Shown here: piece after piece, positions 37,737 through 47,661 of the stretch | How positions within the stretch are numbered: the first letter of the stretch is position 1 | How the letters are laid out: each line of letters begins with the position of its first letter | Assembly: GCA_964646955.1 (NCBI GenBank) | Contig: CAZYFO010000001.1 | Location: 6,485-68,561 of the forward strand | Direction: 5' to 3' | From: an uncultured Bacteroidaceae bacterium | GTDB lineage: Bacteria; Bacteroidota; Bacteroidia; Bacteroidales; Bacteroidaceae | Length of the DNA stretch: 62,077 bases | Translations under genes and position numbers: made by a program | The notes under the pieces: model-generated | Database searches by the model: none | What the model saw: only the letters and a program-made list of their open reading frames with translations | What the model was told of the DNA's origin: nothing

Positions 37737-37807
37737 TGTCGTATGGTGTAATGGTAGCACAACAGTTTTTGGTTCTGTTTGTCGAGGTTCGAATCCTCGT
37801 ACGACAA
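37737..37807 (+). tRNA. tRNA-Gln (anticodon UUG)
   Basis: Hand-folded cloverleaf. Acceptor tgtcgta/tacgaca (U1-A72), D-stem gtgt/gcac, anticodon loop ttTTGgt, T-arm cgagg-ttcgaat-cctcg, discriminator A. No CCA is encoded. Confidence 0.85.
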
Positions 37808-37812
37808 CTTGT

Positions 37813-37850
37813 AAGAGCGTCCGATTCCTTTCGGATGCTCTTATTATATT
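37813..37850 (+). terminator. Hairpin terminator after tRNA-Gln
   Basis: A 12-bp stem aagagcgtccga/tcggatgctctt with one G-T pair and a 6-nt loop, followed by a T/A-rich tail. Confidence 0.6.
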
Positions 37851-38074
37851 CAAATTCTTGAGAGCTAAATTGTTTTTTTTATCGTTTTCGTATCAATTAT
37901 TATTAAATGTCTGTAATCAAGCGGATTACATGTGGTGAGTGAGACAAAAACGAACTATCATGAAACAAATGCGAAATAATCTGATTGTTAAAATGTTTGC
38001 AATGAAACAATCTTGAACTTCTATGAAACAAAAATATCCAACCTGGATAATTTTTGGATATACCTTCGCCAGTG

Positions 38075-38110
38075 TAAGTTTTCATGCACATATTATAAGT
38101 TTTCATGCAC
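38075..38110 (+). repeat. Tandem direct repeat taagttttcatgcac (two copies, 21-bp period) with an inverted partial copy at 38371-38381
   Basis: Read directly. Copies lie at 38075-38089 and 38096-38110. gtgcatgaaaa at 38371-38381 is the reverse complement of the 11-nt core. Confidence 0.85.
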
Positions 38111-38185
38111 GTATTTGGTTAGTAATTGACTTTCGTGATATGTTCTTCGTAATCTGGGAAGAAGAAAGAGAGCAGCACAAAGGAT

Positions 38186-38219
38186 GGGGAGGACTAAAAA
38201 TAGTCCTCCCCCTTTTTTT
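38186..38219 (+). terminator. Strong orphan intrinsic terminator (plus strand only)
   Basis: A 10-bp perfect GC-rich stem ggggaggact/agtcctcccc with a 6-nt loop, then cc plus T7. No credible CDS lies upstream. Confidence 0.75.
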
Positions 38220-38437
38220 GTAATAAACGGTCAGTATTCAGAATCCTGATGAAATTTTTTAAAGATTTATTCAAAAACCACTATAAATGTTCTCATTATT
38301 TCATAATTTTCCCTGGATTTGTGTCCAATTTTTCTAAGATTTGTATCCTCAAATGTTAAAAATGAGTTTTGTGCATGAAAAATTTGATTTTTGAGGAAAA
38401 AATCTACCCTTTAACTATTCCAAAAGAAAAATATCGT

Positions 38438-38445
38438 TAACTTTG
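38438..38445 (+). promoter_or_regulatory. Candidate -7 box TAACTTTG for the GH43 gene (and possibly the downstream locus)
   Basis: Matches TAnnTTTG 42 nt upstream of the ATG at 38487. Confidence 0.4.
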
Positions 38446-38486
38446 GCCGCTTATAGAGTTATAATACAATTATAGTAGTGAGAAAA

Positions 38487-39449
38487 ATGAAGAAGCGTTA
38501 TCTGTTTCCGGCCGATTACATGGCAGATCCATCCGTACACGTGTTTGAAGATAGAGTGTATATTTATCCTTCTCATGATTGGGAGAGTGCAAACGTTGAA
38601 AACGACAATGGTGATCAATATATAATGAAGGATTATCATGTTTTGTCAACTGACGATGTAATGAACGGAGAGGTAATTGATCATGGTAAAGTTATTGGTT
38701 TGGAGGATATTGCTTGGGCAGGTCGCCAGCTTTGGGATTGTGACGTTGCAGAAAAAGATGGTAAGTATTACATGTATTTCCCTTTAAAAGACAAGAATGA
38801 TACTTTTCGTCACGGAGTAGCAATCGCCGATAATCCTGCCGGACCTTTTATCCCGCAACCGGATCCTATACGCGGTAGCTATAGTATAGACATGGCTATT
38901 TTTAAAGACGGAGGTAACTACTATATGTACTTTGGTGGATTGTGGGGCGGTCAATTGCAGCGCTACAGCAATAATATTTCACTTGAAAGTGCTATTCTTC
39001 CGGAAGGCAAACAGCCGGCTCTTCCAAGCCGAATTGTCAGATTGAGCGATGATATGCTTCAGTACGCTGAAGAACCCAAACCCATTTTAGTCGTTGATTC
39101 AGAGGGTAAACCTCTCACTGCTGATGATCCACACCGTTTCTTTGAAGCCAGTTGGGTTCATAAATATAATGGAAAGTATTATTTCTCATATTCGACTGGT
39201 GATACTCACATGCTTTGTTATGCTACCGGTGATAATCCTTACGGCCCATTTACCTATCAAGGTGTAATATTGACTCCGGTTGTAGGGTGGACCACACATC
39301 ATTCAATAGTTGAATACAAGGGAAAATGGTATCTTTTCCATCACGATAGTGTTCCATCAGGAGGCAAATCATGGCTAAGAAGCCTTAAGGTCTGTGAAAT
39401 AGAGTATGATGCTCAGGGTCACATTAAAACTATTGAAGGTATTGATTGA
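38487..39449 (+). CDS. Single-domain GH43 glycoside hydrolase (beta-xylosidase/alpha-L-arabinofuranosidase type) with no signal peptide
   Basis: About 320 aa. FPADYMADPSVHVFEDRVYIYPSHD (catalytic Asp region), YSIDMAIF, and FFEASWVHKYNGKYYFSYS (catalytic Glu region). The N-terminus is not hydrophobic. Confidence 0.8.
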   Translation: MKKRYLFPADYMADPSVHVFEDRVYIYPSHDWESANVENDNGDQYIMKDYHVLSTDDVMNGEVIDHGKVIGLEDIAWAGRQLWDCDVAEKDGKYYMYFPLKDKNDTFRHGVAIADNPAGPFIPQPDPIRGSYSIDMAIFKDGGNYYMYFGGLWGGQLQRYSNNISLESAILPEGKQPALPSRIVRLSDDMLQYAEEPKPILVVDSEGKPLTADDPHRFFEASWVHKYNGKYYFSYSTGDTHMLCYATGDNPYGPFTYQGVILTPVVGWTTHHSIVEYKGKWYLFHHDSVPSGGKSWLRSLKVCEIEYDAQGHIKTIEGID

Positions 39450-39604
39450 TTTCATTTAGAATGACTAATAATGAATCTCGTTTTGCTTATGAATACGTAG
39501 AGATAAATATTAATCGGTACACCTTATATATATAATATAGATATGCCGATTTTCAGTGTGCTTATTTGAATTAATATAACAACAATAAATAACTAACTAA
39601 CTAA

Positions 39605-42577
39605 ATGAAAAAAAGTATTTTTCAAGGAAACCGCTCACGCGTTTGGGGATTAGTGCTTTTAGCAGTCATTTCTGTTCTAGGCATTTCTTCTTGTGAAAAG
39701 TTTGATTTAGACAAGAGGACTCCGGAGTGGCTAGGCCCCAGCATTTATGATTATTTGAAGGATAATCATTATGACACTTATGTTAAGCTTATTGAGGACC
39801 TTGGTTATAAGGATATCCTTGCCAAGACTGGTAGTAAGACGCTGTTTGTGGCTGATGAAGATGCCGTTCAGCGCTTTTATCAGTCAGGAAAATTTAAAAA
39901 GGCAGATGGTACTCCTGTAAGCAGGTATGAGGATCTGTCTATTGGCCAAAAGAAGATGATTCTTTACGGATCTATGTTGAACAACGTTTATCAGGTAGCG
40001 ATGCTTTCCAGTAGTGAAGGTCCAGTTATCGGTGACTGTATGAGAAGATTATCATCTGCTTCGGAATTTGATAATGTTCCTCTTTTGTCACCAAGTGATA
40101 TGCCTCAAAACAGGACCTATGGAGACAATGGTAGCACAAAAACCAAGAAAAGCCATTATTCTTATTATATTGAAAATAATAAGAGCATAAGAATAATGCG
40201 TGATGCTTCAGTGAAGCCTATGGTTTTTATGATAAACAAGTTCTTGGTCACTCATAAGATGGTGGATTCAGATTATGATTTTCTGTTTAATCAGAACGTT
40301 TATGATAAATCTGCTACAAGACCAAATAAGGATAAATATCATAGTCCCGAGGATGCAAGTGTAAACGGAGTCGATATAATTGTCCAGAACATCAAGTGCT
40401 TGAACGGATTTGTTCACAAGGTAGCTGATGTTATATATACTCTTCCGAATATGGCAGAGTATTTAGAGGATGATAATAATACACAAATATATTATGCTCT
40501 ATTATCACGCTTCAGTGCTCCATACTATGTTGGAGATAATGTTGAGCAATTGTACGATAGATATGTGAAGAATAACTTATTGGACACTATAATGGAAAAT
40601 GGTGTTCAGGTGTATCCTAAGTTGCAAGGTTCCGTAGATTCGCTTTTTGAAATGCGTTTTTTCTCTGTTTCAGCAAGAATTAATCCGGACAACGGTGTTT
40701 CCACTACACCTGGAGGCAAAGTGGTTTCGGATATGTTGCTTAAATTCGATCCGGGATGGAATGGTTATTATTCAACATCTACATCTTCTTCAAATGCGAA
40801 TGTCGCATTGCAAAGAAATATGGCAGTAATGCTAGTTCCTACTGATGAGGCTTTAATGGTTTGGTGGAATGAGGGTGAAGGAACGCCGTTGAAAGAACGT
40901 TATGGTGATCCTACAAATCCTTGTGTTACTGTCGACGATGTTATTAAAGATATGGATGGAGTTGAAGATTATGTAATATTGAAACTTATCAAGAACAATA
41001 TGCTTAATTCATTTACCGGCTCTGTACCTAGTAAATTTGCTGACGTTCTTAATGATGCTCAGGATCCTATGGGTCTGAAAACTATTGATATTGACAGTGT
41101 GAAGATGTGCTGTAATGGTGCAATTTACCTTACAAATAAGGTAATGAGTCCTACTGCATACCGTTCTGTTTCATTCCCTACTTTGGTAAATAAGAATTTG
41201 AGAATATTGAACTGGGCAGTTGGAGATTGGGATGGAAAGAAAGAGACAGGTTGCGGATACTTCGCATACCTCAATTCCATGTCTGCAAAATATAGTTTTT
41301 TTGTACCTCAAGAAAATATCATAACCGATCCTGCTGCACCGGCTGATGCTGTTGGTCGTTTGATATACATTGATCCTGTTTCTTTCGGAAGCACTGTTGC
41401 AAATGCTTTTGTTTTCAAGTATGACGAAAAGAATAAGACAGTTGTCGCAGATATTTATGAATATAATACTACAACCGAGAGTGTTGTTTGGACTGCAAAG
41501 CTTGGTACAGCTTCTGTTGATGATAGTAGAAACCAAGTTAAAAACCGTCTGATTGATCTTTTGGACTATCACATTGTAATAGGTGAGATAGATAAGGATT
41601 CTCGTTACTCATATTATCAGACAAAGGGTCGTGGAACTGTAAAGATTGCAACTGAAGGTAGTGACACTGTTGTTTATGGTGGTTATCAACTTGAGAAGAA
41701 GGCCCCATGTAAGGTCTTGAAAGTATATGATATGTCAAGAAACGGTAACGGTAAGACATATCTTATAGATAAACCTTTGATGACATCTAAGAAATCTGTA
41801 TATGATATTGTTACAGATACTAAGAACTATGCTAAATTTAGAGAGTTCGGAAAGTTGATGGAAGCTTCAGGTGTAATGCAACCTGCATCAGGAACAATTA
41901 AATTCGGTAGTGCTATGAACGTTACAGTATTTAACACATACCATTATACAGTTTACATTCCTACAAATGAGTCTCTTCTGAATTTGATGAATTTGAATGA
42001 TGGTGTTTATTATAGAAATATCATAGCTAACGATTCATTGACCAATATCTGGAATGCTGCTTATGTTGACGCTAAAAACGAAGCAAAGACAAATACTAAG
42101 ATTACCGCAGATTTAGTTATGTCAAAGGTTATGAGAAAGCGATATTCCTATGATATCGCTATAACTGAAGTTATGGATGGTAATAATACTGCTGCTGATT
42201 CGGCTTTCAAATATGAGACCGCTCTTCAGGAAATACAGAAACGTACTCAGAATTTCGTTAAATATCATATTCAGGATAATTCTCTTTACATAGGTGGTGA
42301 AAACGAAAGTAAGGAGTATGAAACTTCATACATGGATGCATCTACCAAAATGTTTATTAGATTGAATATTACTGCAACTCCTACTTCTATTGTGATTAAA
42401 GATAAGTCCACCACACCTAAGCACGTGCTTACTGATGATGCTAATCTTTATAATATCATGTGTCGTGAGTATGAGTATAAGCTAAATGGTACAAAACCTG
42501 ATATGTTGGAAACCTCCTCATATGCAGTTATCCATTATATTGATGGTCCGTTGTGCAATGGCGAAGTTGATTTCTAA
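39605..42577 (+). CDS. Large surface lipoprotein with multiple fasciclin (FAS1)-like domains
   Basis: 990 aa with lipobox LGISSC. FAS1-like signatures recur: TLFVADEDAV...LNGFVHKVADVI, VPTDEAL...CNGAIYLTNKVM, LLDYHIV...NGKTYLIDKPL and YTVYIPTNESL...KYHIQDN. Confidence 0.7.
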   Translation: MKKSIFQGNRSRVWGLVLLAVISVLGISSCEKFDLDKRTPEWLGPSIYDYLKDNHYDTYVKLIEDLGYKDILAKTGSKTLFVADEDAVQRFYQSGKFKKADGTPVSRYEDLSIGQKKMILYGSMLNNVYQVAMLSSSEGPVIGDCMRRLSSASEFDNVPLLSPSDMPQNRTYGDNGSTKTKKSHYSYYIENNKSIRIMRDASVKPMVFMINKFLVTHKMVDSDYDFLFNQNVYDKSATRPNKDKYHSPEDASVNGVDIIVQNIKCLNGFVHKVADVIYTLPNMAEYLEDDNNTQIYYALLSRFSAPYYVGDNVEQLYDRYVKNNLLDTIMENGVQVYPKLQGSVDSLFEMRFFSVSARINPDNGVSTTPGGKVVSDMLLKFDPGWNGYYSTSTSSSNANVALQRNMAVMLVPTDEALMVWWNEGEGTPLKERYGDPTNPCVTVDDVIKDMDGVEDYVILKLIKNNMLNSFTGSVPSKFADVLNDAQDPMGLKTIDIDSVKMCCNGAIYLTNKVMSPTAYRSVSFPTLVNKNLRILNWAVGDWDGKKETGCGYFAYLNSMSAKYSFFVPQENIITDPAAPADAVGRLIYIDPVSFGSTVANAFVFKYDEKNKTVVADIYEYNTTTESVVWTAKLGTASVDDSRNQVKNRLIDLLDYHIVIGEIDKDSRYSYYQTKGRGTVKIATEGSDTVVYGGYQLEKKAPCKVLKVYDMSRNGNGKTYLIDKPLMTSKKSVYDIVTDTKNYAKFREFGKLMEASGVMQPASGTIKFGSAMNVTVFNTYHYTVYIPTNESLLNLMNLNDGVYYRNIIANDSLTNIWNAAYVDAKNEAKTNTKITADLVMSKVMRKRYSYDIAITEVMDGNNTAADSAFKYETALQEIQKRTQNFVKYHIQDNSLYIGGENESKEYETSYMDASTKMFIRLNITATPTSIVIKDKSTTPKHVLTDDANLYNIMCREYEYKLNGTKPDMLETSSYAVIHYIDGPLCNGEVDF

Positions 42578-42595
42578 CTAACTGATTAATTGACA

Positions 42596-45500
42596 ATGAA
42601 AAAGAATATAAATAAACTGTTCAAAGGCTTTTTCTTGATGGCATTGGCATCACTGCCGAGCATGCTTTATGCACAGAAAGCCGGTGATGTAATAAGTGGT
42701 GTCATCGAAGATAGTTTTGGCCCAATGATGGCGGTTAATGTCGTTGAGGTTGATGCCACAGAACGTATCGTAGCTTATTCTGTTACCGATATCAATGGTG
42801 AGTTCTCCTTCCGCCTAGTAAGTCCCAAAAACAAACTGAGGGCATCCTTTGTAGGATACGAGACCGTCCTTCTTCCGTTCGACAAAACTTACTTCAAGAT
42901 AACGATGAAGGATCTTGGTGAACTAGAGGAAGTTGAAATTGTCGATCAAAAATACTCGCAGAACTCCAACTTGTCTATTCCGGATCGAGAGAATCCCGGT
43001 GCTGTTGTTAGAATTACGTCTGAACAATGGGAAGGCCTGGGTATAACATCAGTTGACGAAGCCCTTCAGGGTCGTATCCCGGGACTTGATATAACAATGA
43101 ATAATGGAAACTTAGGTTCAGGTTCGACTATGCACTTGCGTGGTGTTTCTACATTAACAGGAAACTCAAATCCTCTTATTGTAGTTAACGGAAACGTTTG
43201 GCAGATAGAAGAGAATCAGCGAAACAATTTTGACTATCAGAATGATACTCAGAATGAGGAGAAGATGGCCGAGCTATTGAATGTTAATCCGGATGATATC
43301 GCAAGTATAGAGGTGTTAAAGGATGCCGCCGCTACTGCTATCTGGGGTTCTCAAGGCTCTAATGGTGTTATCGAAATCAGAACTAAACGTGGTTCTAGCG
43401 GTAAGACAAGGGTAAACTACTCATTCCGTATGAACGGTACCTGGCAGCCTAATGGATACAGACTTCTTAATGGAGATCAATATACCATGTATATGAAGGA
43501 AGCTTTTTTCAATCCGTCACTTAGTGATAACTCTTCCGATATTCCTGAATTGAATTATGATAAGGGATTTTCAGAGTACGAGATGTATAATAATAATACG
43601 GATTGGGTAAGTAAAGTAAAGACTTTTGGTCTTCAGCAGTCACATAACCTATCTGTTTCCGGTGGTGGTGAAAAAGCGAACTTCCGTATATCTGCCGGTT
43701 ATGACCATCAGAACGGTTCCGTAATAGGGCAGAAGTTAGACCGTTTTACTACGCGCGTTGCTTTTGACTACTTCGTCTCTAACCGAATCAAGATTGTTAC
43801 AAACTTCAGTTTGACATATTCCAAGAACAAGCAGAATTCGGCAGGTATTGCCACAGCTATGACAAAGATGCCTAACCTTGCTATCTATTATGAAGATCCT
43901 TATGGAAATTCCACAGGTGAATATTATCATATGTTGCCAGGTGGTCAAAATGATAAGTTGTCTGGTCAGCGAGGTAAGACCAACCCATTGGCAGTGGCTG
44001 ATGAGCAAAAACAATATTCCACTTCATTGAATGTTCAGCCGGAGTTCCAGATGGTTTATAATTTACTGGGTTTGGAGAACGATCAAACAAGACTGACCTA
44101 TGATGGCAGAATTTCTTTTAGTGTTTCTAATAATGGAAGCGATAGTTTCTATCCCTCAAGTCTTGTTTCCAAAGGATGGACCGATGGACAGAGTAATAAA
44201 GCTAGTACTAGTTCAAGCAAGAGTTCTTCAATAAGTACTACTCATACATTGACTTTAACTCCTCATTTTAATAAAGAGGGTCATTCTTTTATGTCAATGA
44301 TAAGATATCAGATGAATTCCGGTAACAATAAGTCACAGTCATTGAGCAAACACGGTTTACCTTCAGGTTCGTTGCAATCACCTGCATTGGATGGAATTAT
44401 AGATGGTCTTTCAACAGGTGCCGGTCGTAATAGAAGCTTAAATCTTTCCTTCTCATCACACTATGCTTATCAAGGAAAGTACATATTTGATATAACAGTT
44501 CGTGCTGATGGAAATACCCGTTTTGGTGATAAGCGTCGCTGGGGTGTATTCCCTGCTTTGTCAGGTCGTTGGAACATTAGTGATGAAAAATTCATTAAAG
44601 ATAACTTCGATTGGATTTCTATGCTCTCTGTTCGTCCAAGTTGGGGTATCACAGGTAATGCCCCAGGTTCGGACTTCTATAGTAGATACTCAAGCGGAGG
44701 TTCTTATTTAGGAATAGGTACAGTCTATCCGCAAAATATTCGTTTGAGCAAGGTTCAATGGGAACAGACTGAAGCCTGGAACGTAGGTTTCGACATAGGA
44801 TTGTTCAGTGATAAGGTTTCAGCAAATATTGACCTCTATACAAGAACTACTACAAAAGTCTTGAATAACGGGTATGCTATTCCTACCTCATCTGGTTTCT
44901 CTACCTTGGCCGCCGTTAATGACGGTTCTATGAAAAACTATGGTTGGGAATTAAATCTTAATGCTAACCGTTTTGTTCAGATTGGGGACTTCAGTATGAA
45001 TGCAAACATTTCATTGGCAGATAACTACAATGAGATATTGGAAATGAATCCTACTATTCTTGATAAGACTAATGCTGATTTTGATTATAAGAACGGTAGG
45101 TACTTGAGATATATACAGCTTCATAATGCATTTGGTTCCATATACGGATTTAAGCATGACGGAGTTTACCAATATAGCGATTATTCGAAAACTGAGATTC
45201 CTACTGTTAGCGGGCCAAATGCTCCAGTAGTAAAGGATGCTAGTGGAAATGTAGTTTACATTAAGGAAGGTTTACCGAAACCTATGATGTTTGCTTACGG
45301 CACCACCACCGAATATGAGTTTGTAGGTGGAGATACAAAATATAAGGATTTAAACTATGATGGTAACATCAACGAACTCGATATTGTATATCTAGGAAGT
45401 TGTCTTCCAAAATTCAATGGAGGTTTCGGCATAAGAATGCAGTATAAACGTTTCTCTTGGAATAACCAATTCCATTTCCGTTGGGGAAACGATATTATCA

Positions 45501-45895
45501 ACCAATCGCGAATGAATGCTGAATGTATGTATGGTACCGATAATACATCGGCTGCCATAAACTGGAGATGGCGTGTAGAGGGTGATGTAACTGATATGCC
45601 GAGAGCCCTAAACAACTACGGTTATAACTACTTAGGAAGTGACAAGTATGTTGAGGATGGTTCATTTCTTAGATGGAATTATTGCCAGTTCTCATATTCT
45701 CTGGATCCAAAGATCTCTAAGAAACTCGGTGTTAGTTCAATCAGTATGAATCTCAACCTGAATAACGTGATGACTTTTACAAATTATTCGGGTCTTGATC
45801 CTGAGGTTGGTTATGGAGGCATGGGACTATCTACGGATAGTAGTCAGACTCCTCGTTCTAAATCGTTTACCGCCGGTGTATCGGTACAGTTCTAA
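42596..45895 (+). CDS. SusC/RagA-family TonB-dependent outer-membrane transporter (first copy)
   Basis: About 1099 aa. It has a carboxypeptidase-regulatory-like N-domain (GVIEDSFGPMMAVNVVEV..DINGEFSF), a plug (LQGRIPGLDI...PLIVVNG), a long barrel, and a terminal aromatic residue (VQF). There is no STN signalling domain. Confidence 0.9.
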   Translation: MKKNINKLFKGFFLMALASLPSMLYAQKAGDVISGVIEDSFGPMMAVNVVEVDATERIVAYSVTDINGEFSFRLVSPKNKLRASFVGYETVLLPFDKTYFKITMKDLGELEEVEIVDQKYSQNSNLSIPDRENPGAVVRITSEQWEGLGITSVDEALQGRIPGLDITMNNGNLGSGSTMHLRGVSTLTGNSNPLIVVNGNVWQIEENQRNNFDYQNDTQNEEKMAELLNVNPDDIASIEVLKDAAATAIWGSQGSNGVIEIRTKRGSSGKTRVNYSFRMNGTWQPNGYRLLNGDQYTMYMKEAFFNPSLSDNSSDIPELNYDKGFSEYEMYNNNTDWVSKVKTFGLQQSHNLSVSGGGEKANFRISAGYDHQNGSVIGQKLDRFTTRVAFDYFVSNRIKIVTNFSLTYSKNKQNSAGIATAMTKMPNLAIYYEDPYGNSTGEYYHMLPGGQNDKLSGQRGKTNPLAVADEQKQYSTSLNVQPEFQMVYNLLGLENDQTRLTYDGRISFSVSNNGSDSFYPSSLVSKGWTDGQSNKASTSSSKSSSISTTHTLTLTPHFNKEGHSFMSMIRYQMNSGNNKSQSLSKHGLPSGSLQSPALDGIIDGLSTGAGRNRSLNLSFSSHYAYQGKYIFDITVRADGNTRFGDKRRWGVFPALSGRWNISDEKFIKDNFDWISMLSVRPSWGITGNAPGSDFYSRYSSGGSYLGIGTVYPQNIRLSKVQWEQTEAWNVGFDIGLFSDKVSANIDLYTRTTTKVLNNGYAIPTSSGFSTLAAVNDGSMKNYGWELNLNANRFVQIGDFSMNANISLADNYNEILEMNPTILDKTNADFDYKNGRYLRYIQLHNAFGSIYGFKHDGVYQYSDYSKTEIPTVSGPNAPVVKDASGNVVYIKEGLPKPMMFAYGTTTEYEFVGGDTKYKDLNYDGNINELDIVYLGSCLPKFNGGFGIRMQYKRFSWNNQFHFRWGNDIINQSRMNAECMYGTDNTSAAINWRWRVEGDVTDMPRALNNYGYNYLGSDKYVEDGSFLRWNYCQFSYSLDPKISKKLGVSSISMNLNLNNVMTFTNYSGLDPEVGYGGMGLSTDSSQTPRSKSFTAGVSVQF

Positions 45896-45915
45896 TTTTT
45901 AAATGGATTAATGAT

Positions 45916-47661
45916 ATGAAAAAGATAAAATCATTAGCTTGTGCCGCAATCATTGGATTGACATTCACTTCATGTGATGATTTTCTGACTTTACTCCCTT
46001 TGAATGAGGTGGTTTTGGAAAATTTCTGGACAGACAAATCCGATGTTGAAAGTGTTCTATTAGGAACCTATGAGGCTCTTGAAACTCAAGATTGTATTTT
46101 TAGAATGTCCATGTGGGGCGAAATGCGTTCGGATAATATTAAGGCCGGTGCAAATAATCCTCCTGAAGATATTTTGAATATTACTAAAGATAATATTATG
46201 GAAACAAATCCTTATGCAAGTTGGGCTTGTTTTTATAATGTGATAAACAGAGCGAATACCGTATTGGCATTTGCACCGGAAGTAGCGGAAAAAGATCCTA
46301 ACTATACTCCTGCAGAGTTATCTGCCAATGAGGCTGAGGCTATAGCTTTACGTTCACTTTGTTATTGGTATCTCATTAGGGCGTATAGAGATGTTCCTTT
46401 TGTAACCCGTCCTTCTATTGATGATACTGAGGATTTTCTTGTTCCAGCATCGAAGTTTGATGACATTTTGGATCAACTGATTAGTGATCTGGAAGAGGTT
46501 AAGGATCACGCAGTCAACAGGTATGTAAAGACATTGGGATTCACTTCAGAAGCTGTTACTGCTTCACGTATCACCAGAGCCGGTATATATGCGATGTTGG
46601 CTGATATGTATCTTTGGAAGGGAGATTGGCAGAAGAGCATAGATTGTGCACAATTCGTGATTAACAGAAAGCTTAAGGAATACAATGATATTTATAATGA
46701 TGAGACTGAAGGAGGTACAAGGTGTATTATTAAGTTGTACAATGGTATTCCGTTGATTAGCGAAATAGGTGCTGCTGAAACTGCTTCCGGTAATTACGCC
46801 GGTACTACTTATGATGAAACATTTGGAACAGGTTACGGTTTTGAGAATCTGTTTGAGCTCTCTTTTGAGCAAGACAAAACGAAAAACGACTTTGTAACTT
46901 CAAATTATCTTTCAGTAAACCAAAATCGTGTTCAATTGGGCAGACTTGCTCCAACATCTGATTTGACAATAACTCCGGATGCCAGTGGCACTAATAAACT
47001 CTTTACCTTCTATGATGGACGTTTCTATGAGAGTATTTATCGCGCTTCCACTTCTAGTACCGACTATGGCATTGGTAAGTTTGCAGTCAGTTCTGTACAA
47101 TATGAGATTGTTGGCGGTAATATAAATTGGTATTATTCTCTTCGTAGTGCCAATCCTCCGCATTGGATTATATATCGCTTCACTGATGTTCTTTTGATGA
47201 TGTCAGAAGCTTTGGTTATGCAGGCAAGTGAATACTCGGATGCTGTAAGCGCTGATTCAATAAATACTAGAGATTCTCTTTTGAACGCCGCGTTTAATAA
47301 TGTTCTGGCAGTAAACAATCGTGCCACAATATTTAAACCTATTTCCTCCGCTTTGAAATTCAATGATTACAAAACAGTTGAGAAAATGGACAAGCTTGTT
47401 CTGGATGAACGTCAGCGTGAATTGCTTTTCGAAGGTAAACGTTGGTTTGATTTGGTTCGTAGAGCACGTAGAATTGGCAACACCTCAGAGATTGCAAAAT
47501 ATGTTCAACCGAAACACACAGGTAGTAATTCGACTTTTGCTACTAAGATTAAGGATATGGATTATATCTATTTCCCGATTCACAAAGACGAGTTGAAGAT
47601 AAATACAGAACTAAAGCAGAATCCAGCATTCGTTTTGGATGAGTTTATCGAAAAGAATTAA
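45916..47661 (+). CDS. SusD/RagB-family lipoprotein (first copy)
   Basis: 581 aa with lipobox TFTSC, and RAYRDVPF, ERQRELLFEGKRWFDLVR and IYFPIHKDEL motifs. Confidence 0.9.
   Translation: MKKIKSLACAAIIGLTFTSCDDFLTLLPLNEVVLENFWTDKSDVESVLLGTYEALETQDCIFRMSMWGEMRSDNIKAGANNPPEDILNITKDNIMETNPYASWACFYNVINRANTVLAFAPEVAEKDPNYTPAELSANEAEAIALRSLCYWYLIRAYRDVPFVTRPSIDDTEDFLVPASKFDDILDQLISDLEEVKDHAVNRYVKTLGFTSEAVTASRITRAGIYAMLADMYLWKGDWQKSIDCAQFVINRKLKEYNDIYNDETEGGTRCIIKLYNGIPLISEIGAAETASGNYAGTTYDETFGTGYGFENLFELSFEQDKTKNDFVTSNYLSVNQNRVQLGRLAPTSDLTITPDASGTNKLFTFYDGRFYESIYRASTSSTDYGIGKFAVSSVQYEIVGGNINWYYSLRSANPPHWIIYRFTDVLLMMSEALVMQASEYSDAVSADSINTRDSLLNAAFNNVLAVNNRATIFKPISSALKFNDYKTVEKMDKLVLDERQRELLFEGKRWFDLVRRARRIGNTSEIAKYVQPKHTGSNSTFATKIKDMDYIYFPIHKDELKINTELKQNPAFVLDEFIEKN

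Noticed and set aside
38023-38223. 66-aa ORF ending at the orphan terminator as a small protein gene
   Set aside because: The ORF reads through the terminator hairpin itself (…GWGGLKIVLPLFL), is hydrophobic and low-complexity, and overlaps the tandem repeat. A non-coding transcript is more plausible.
37808-38480. Remnant of a genomic island integrated at tRNA-Gln
   Set aside because: I could not find an integrase, an excisionase, mobilisation genes, or a direct repeat of the tRNA 3' end downstream. The flanking genes are ordinary chromosomal genes.
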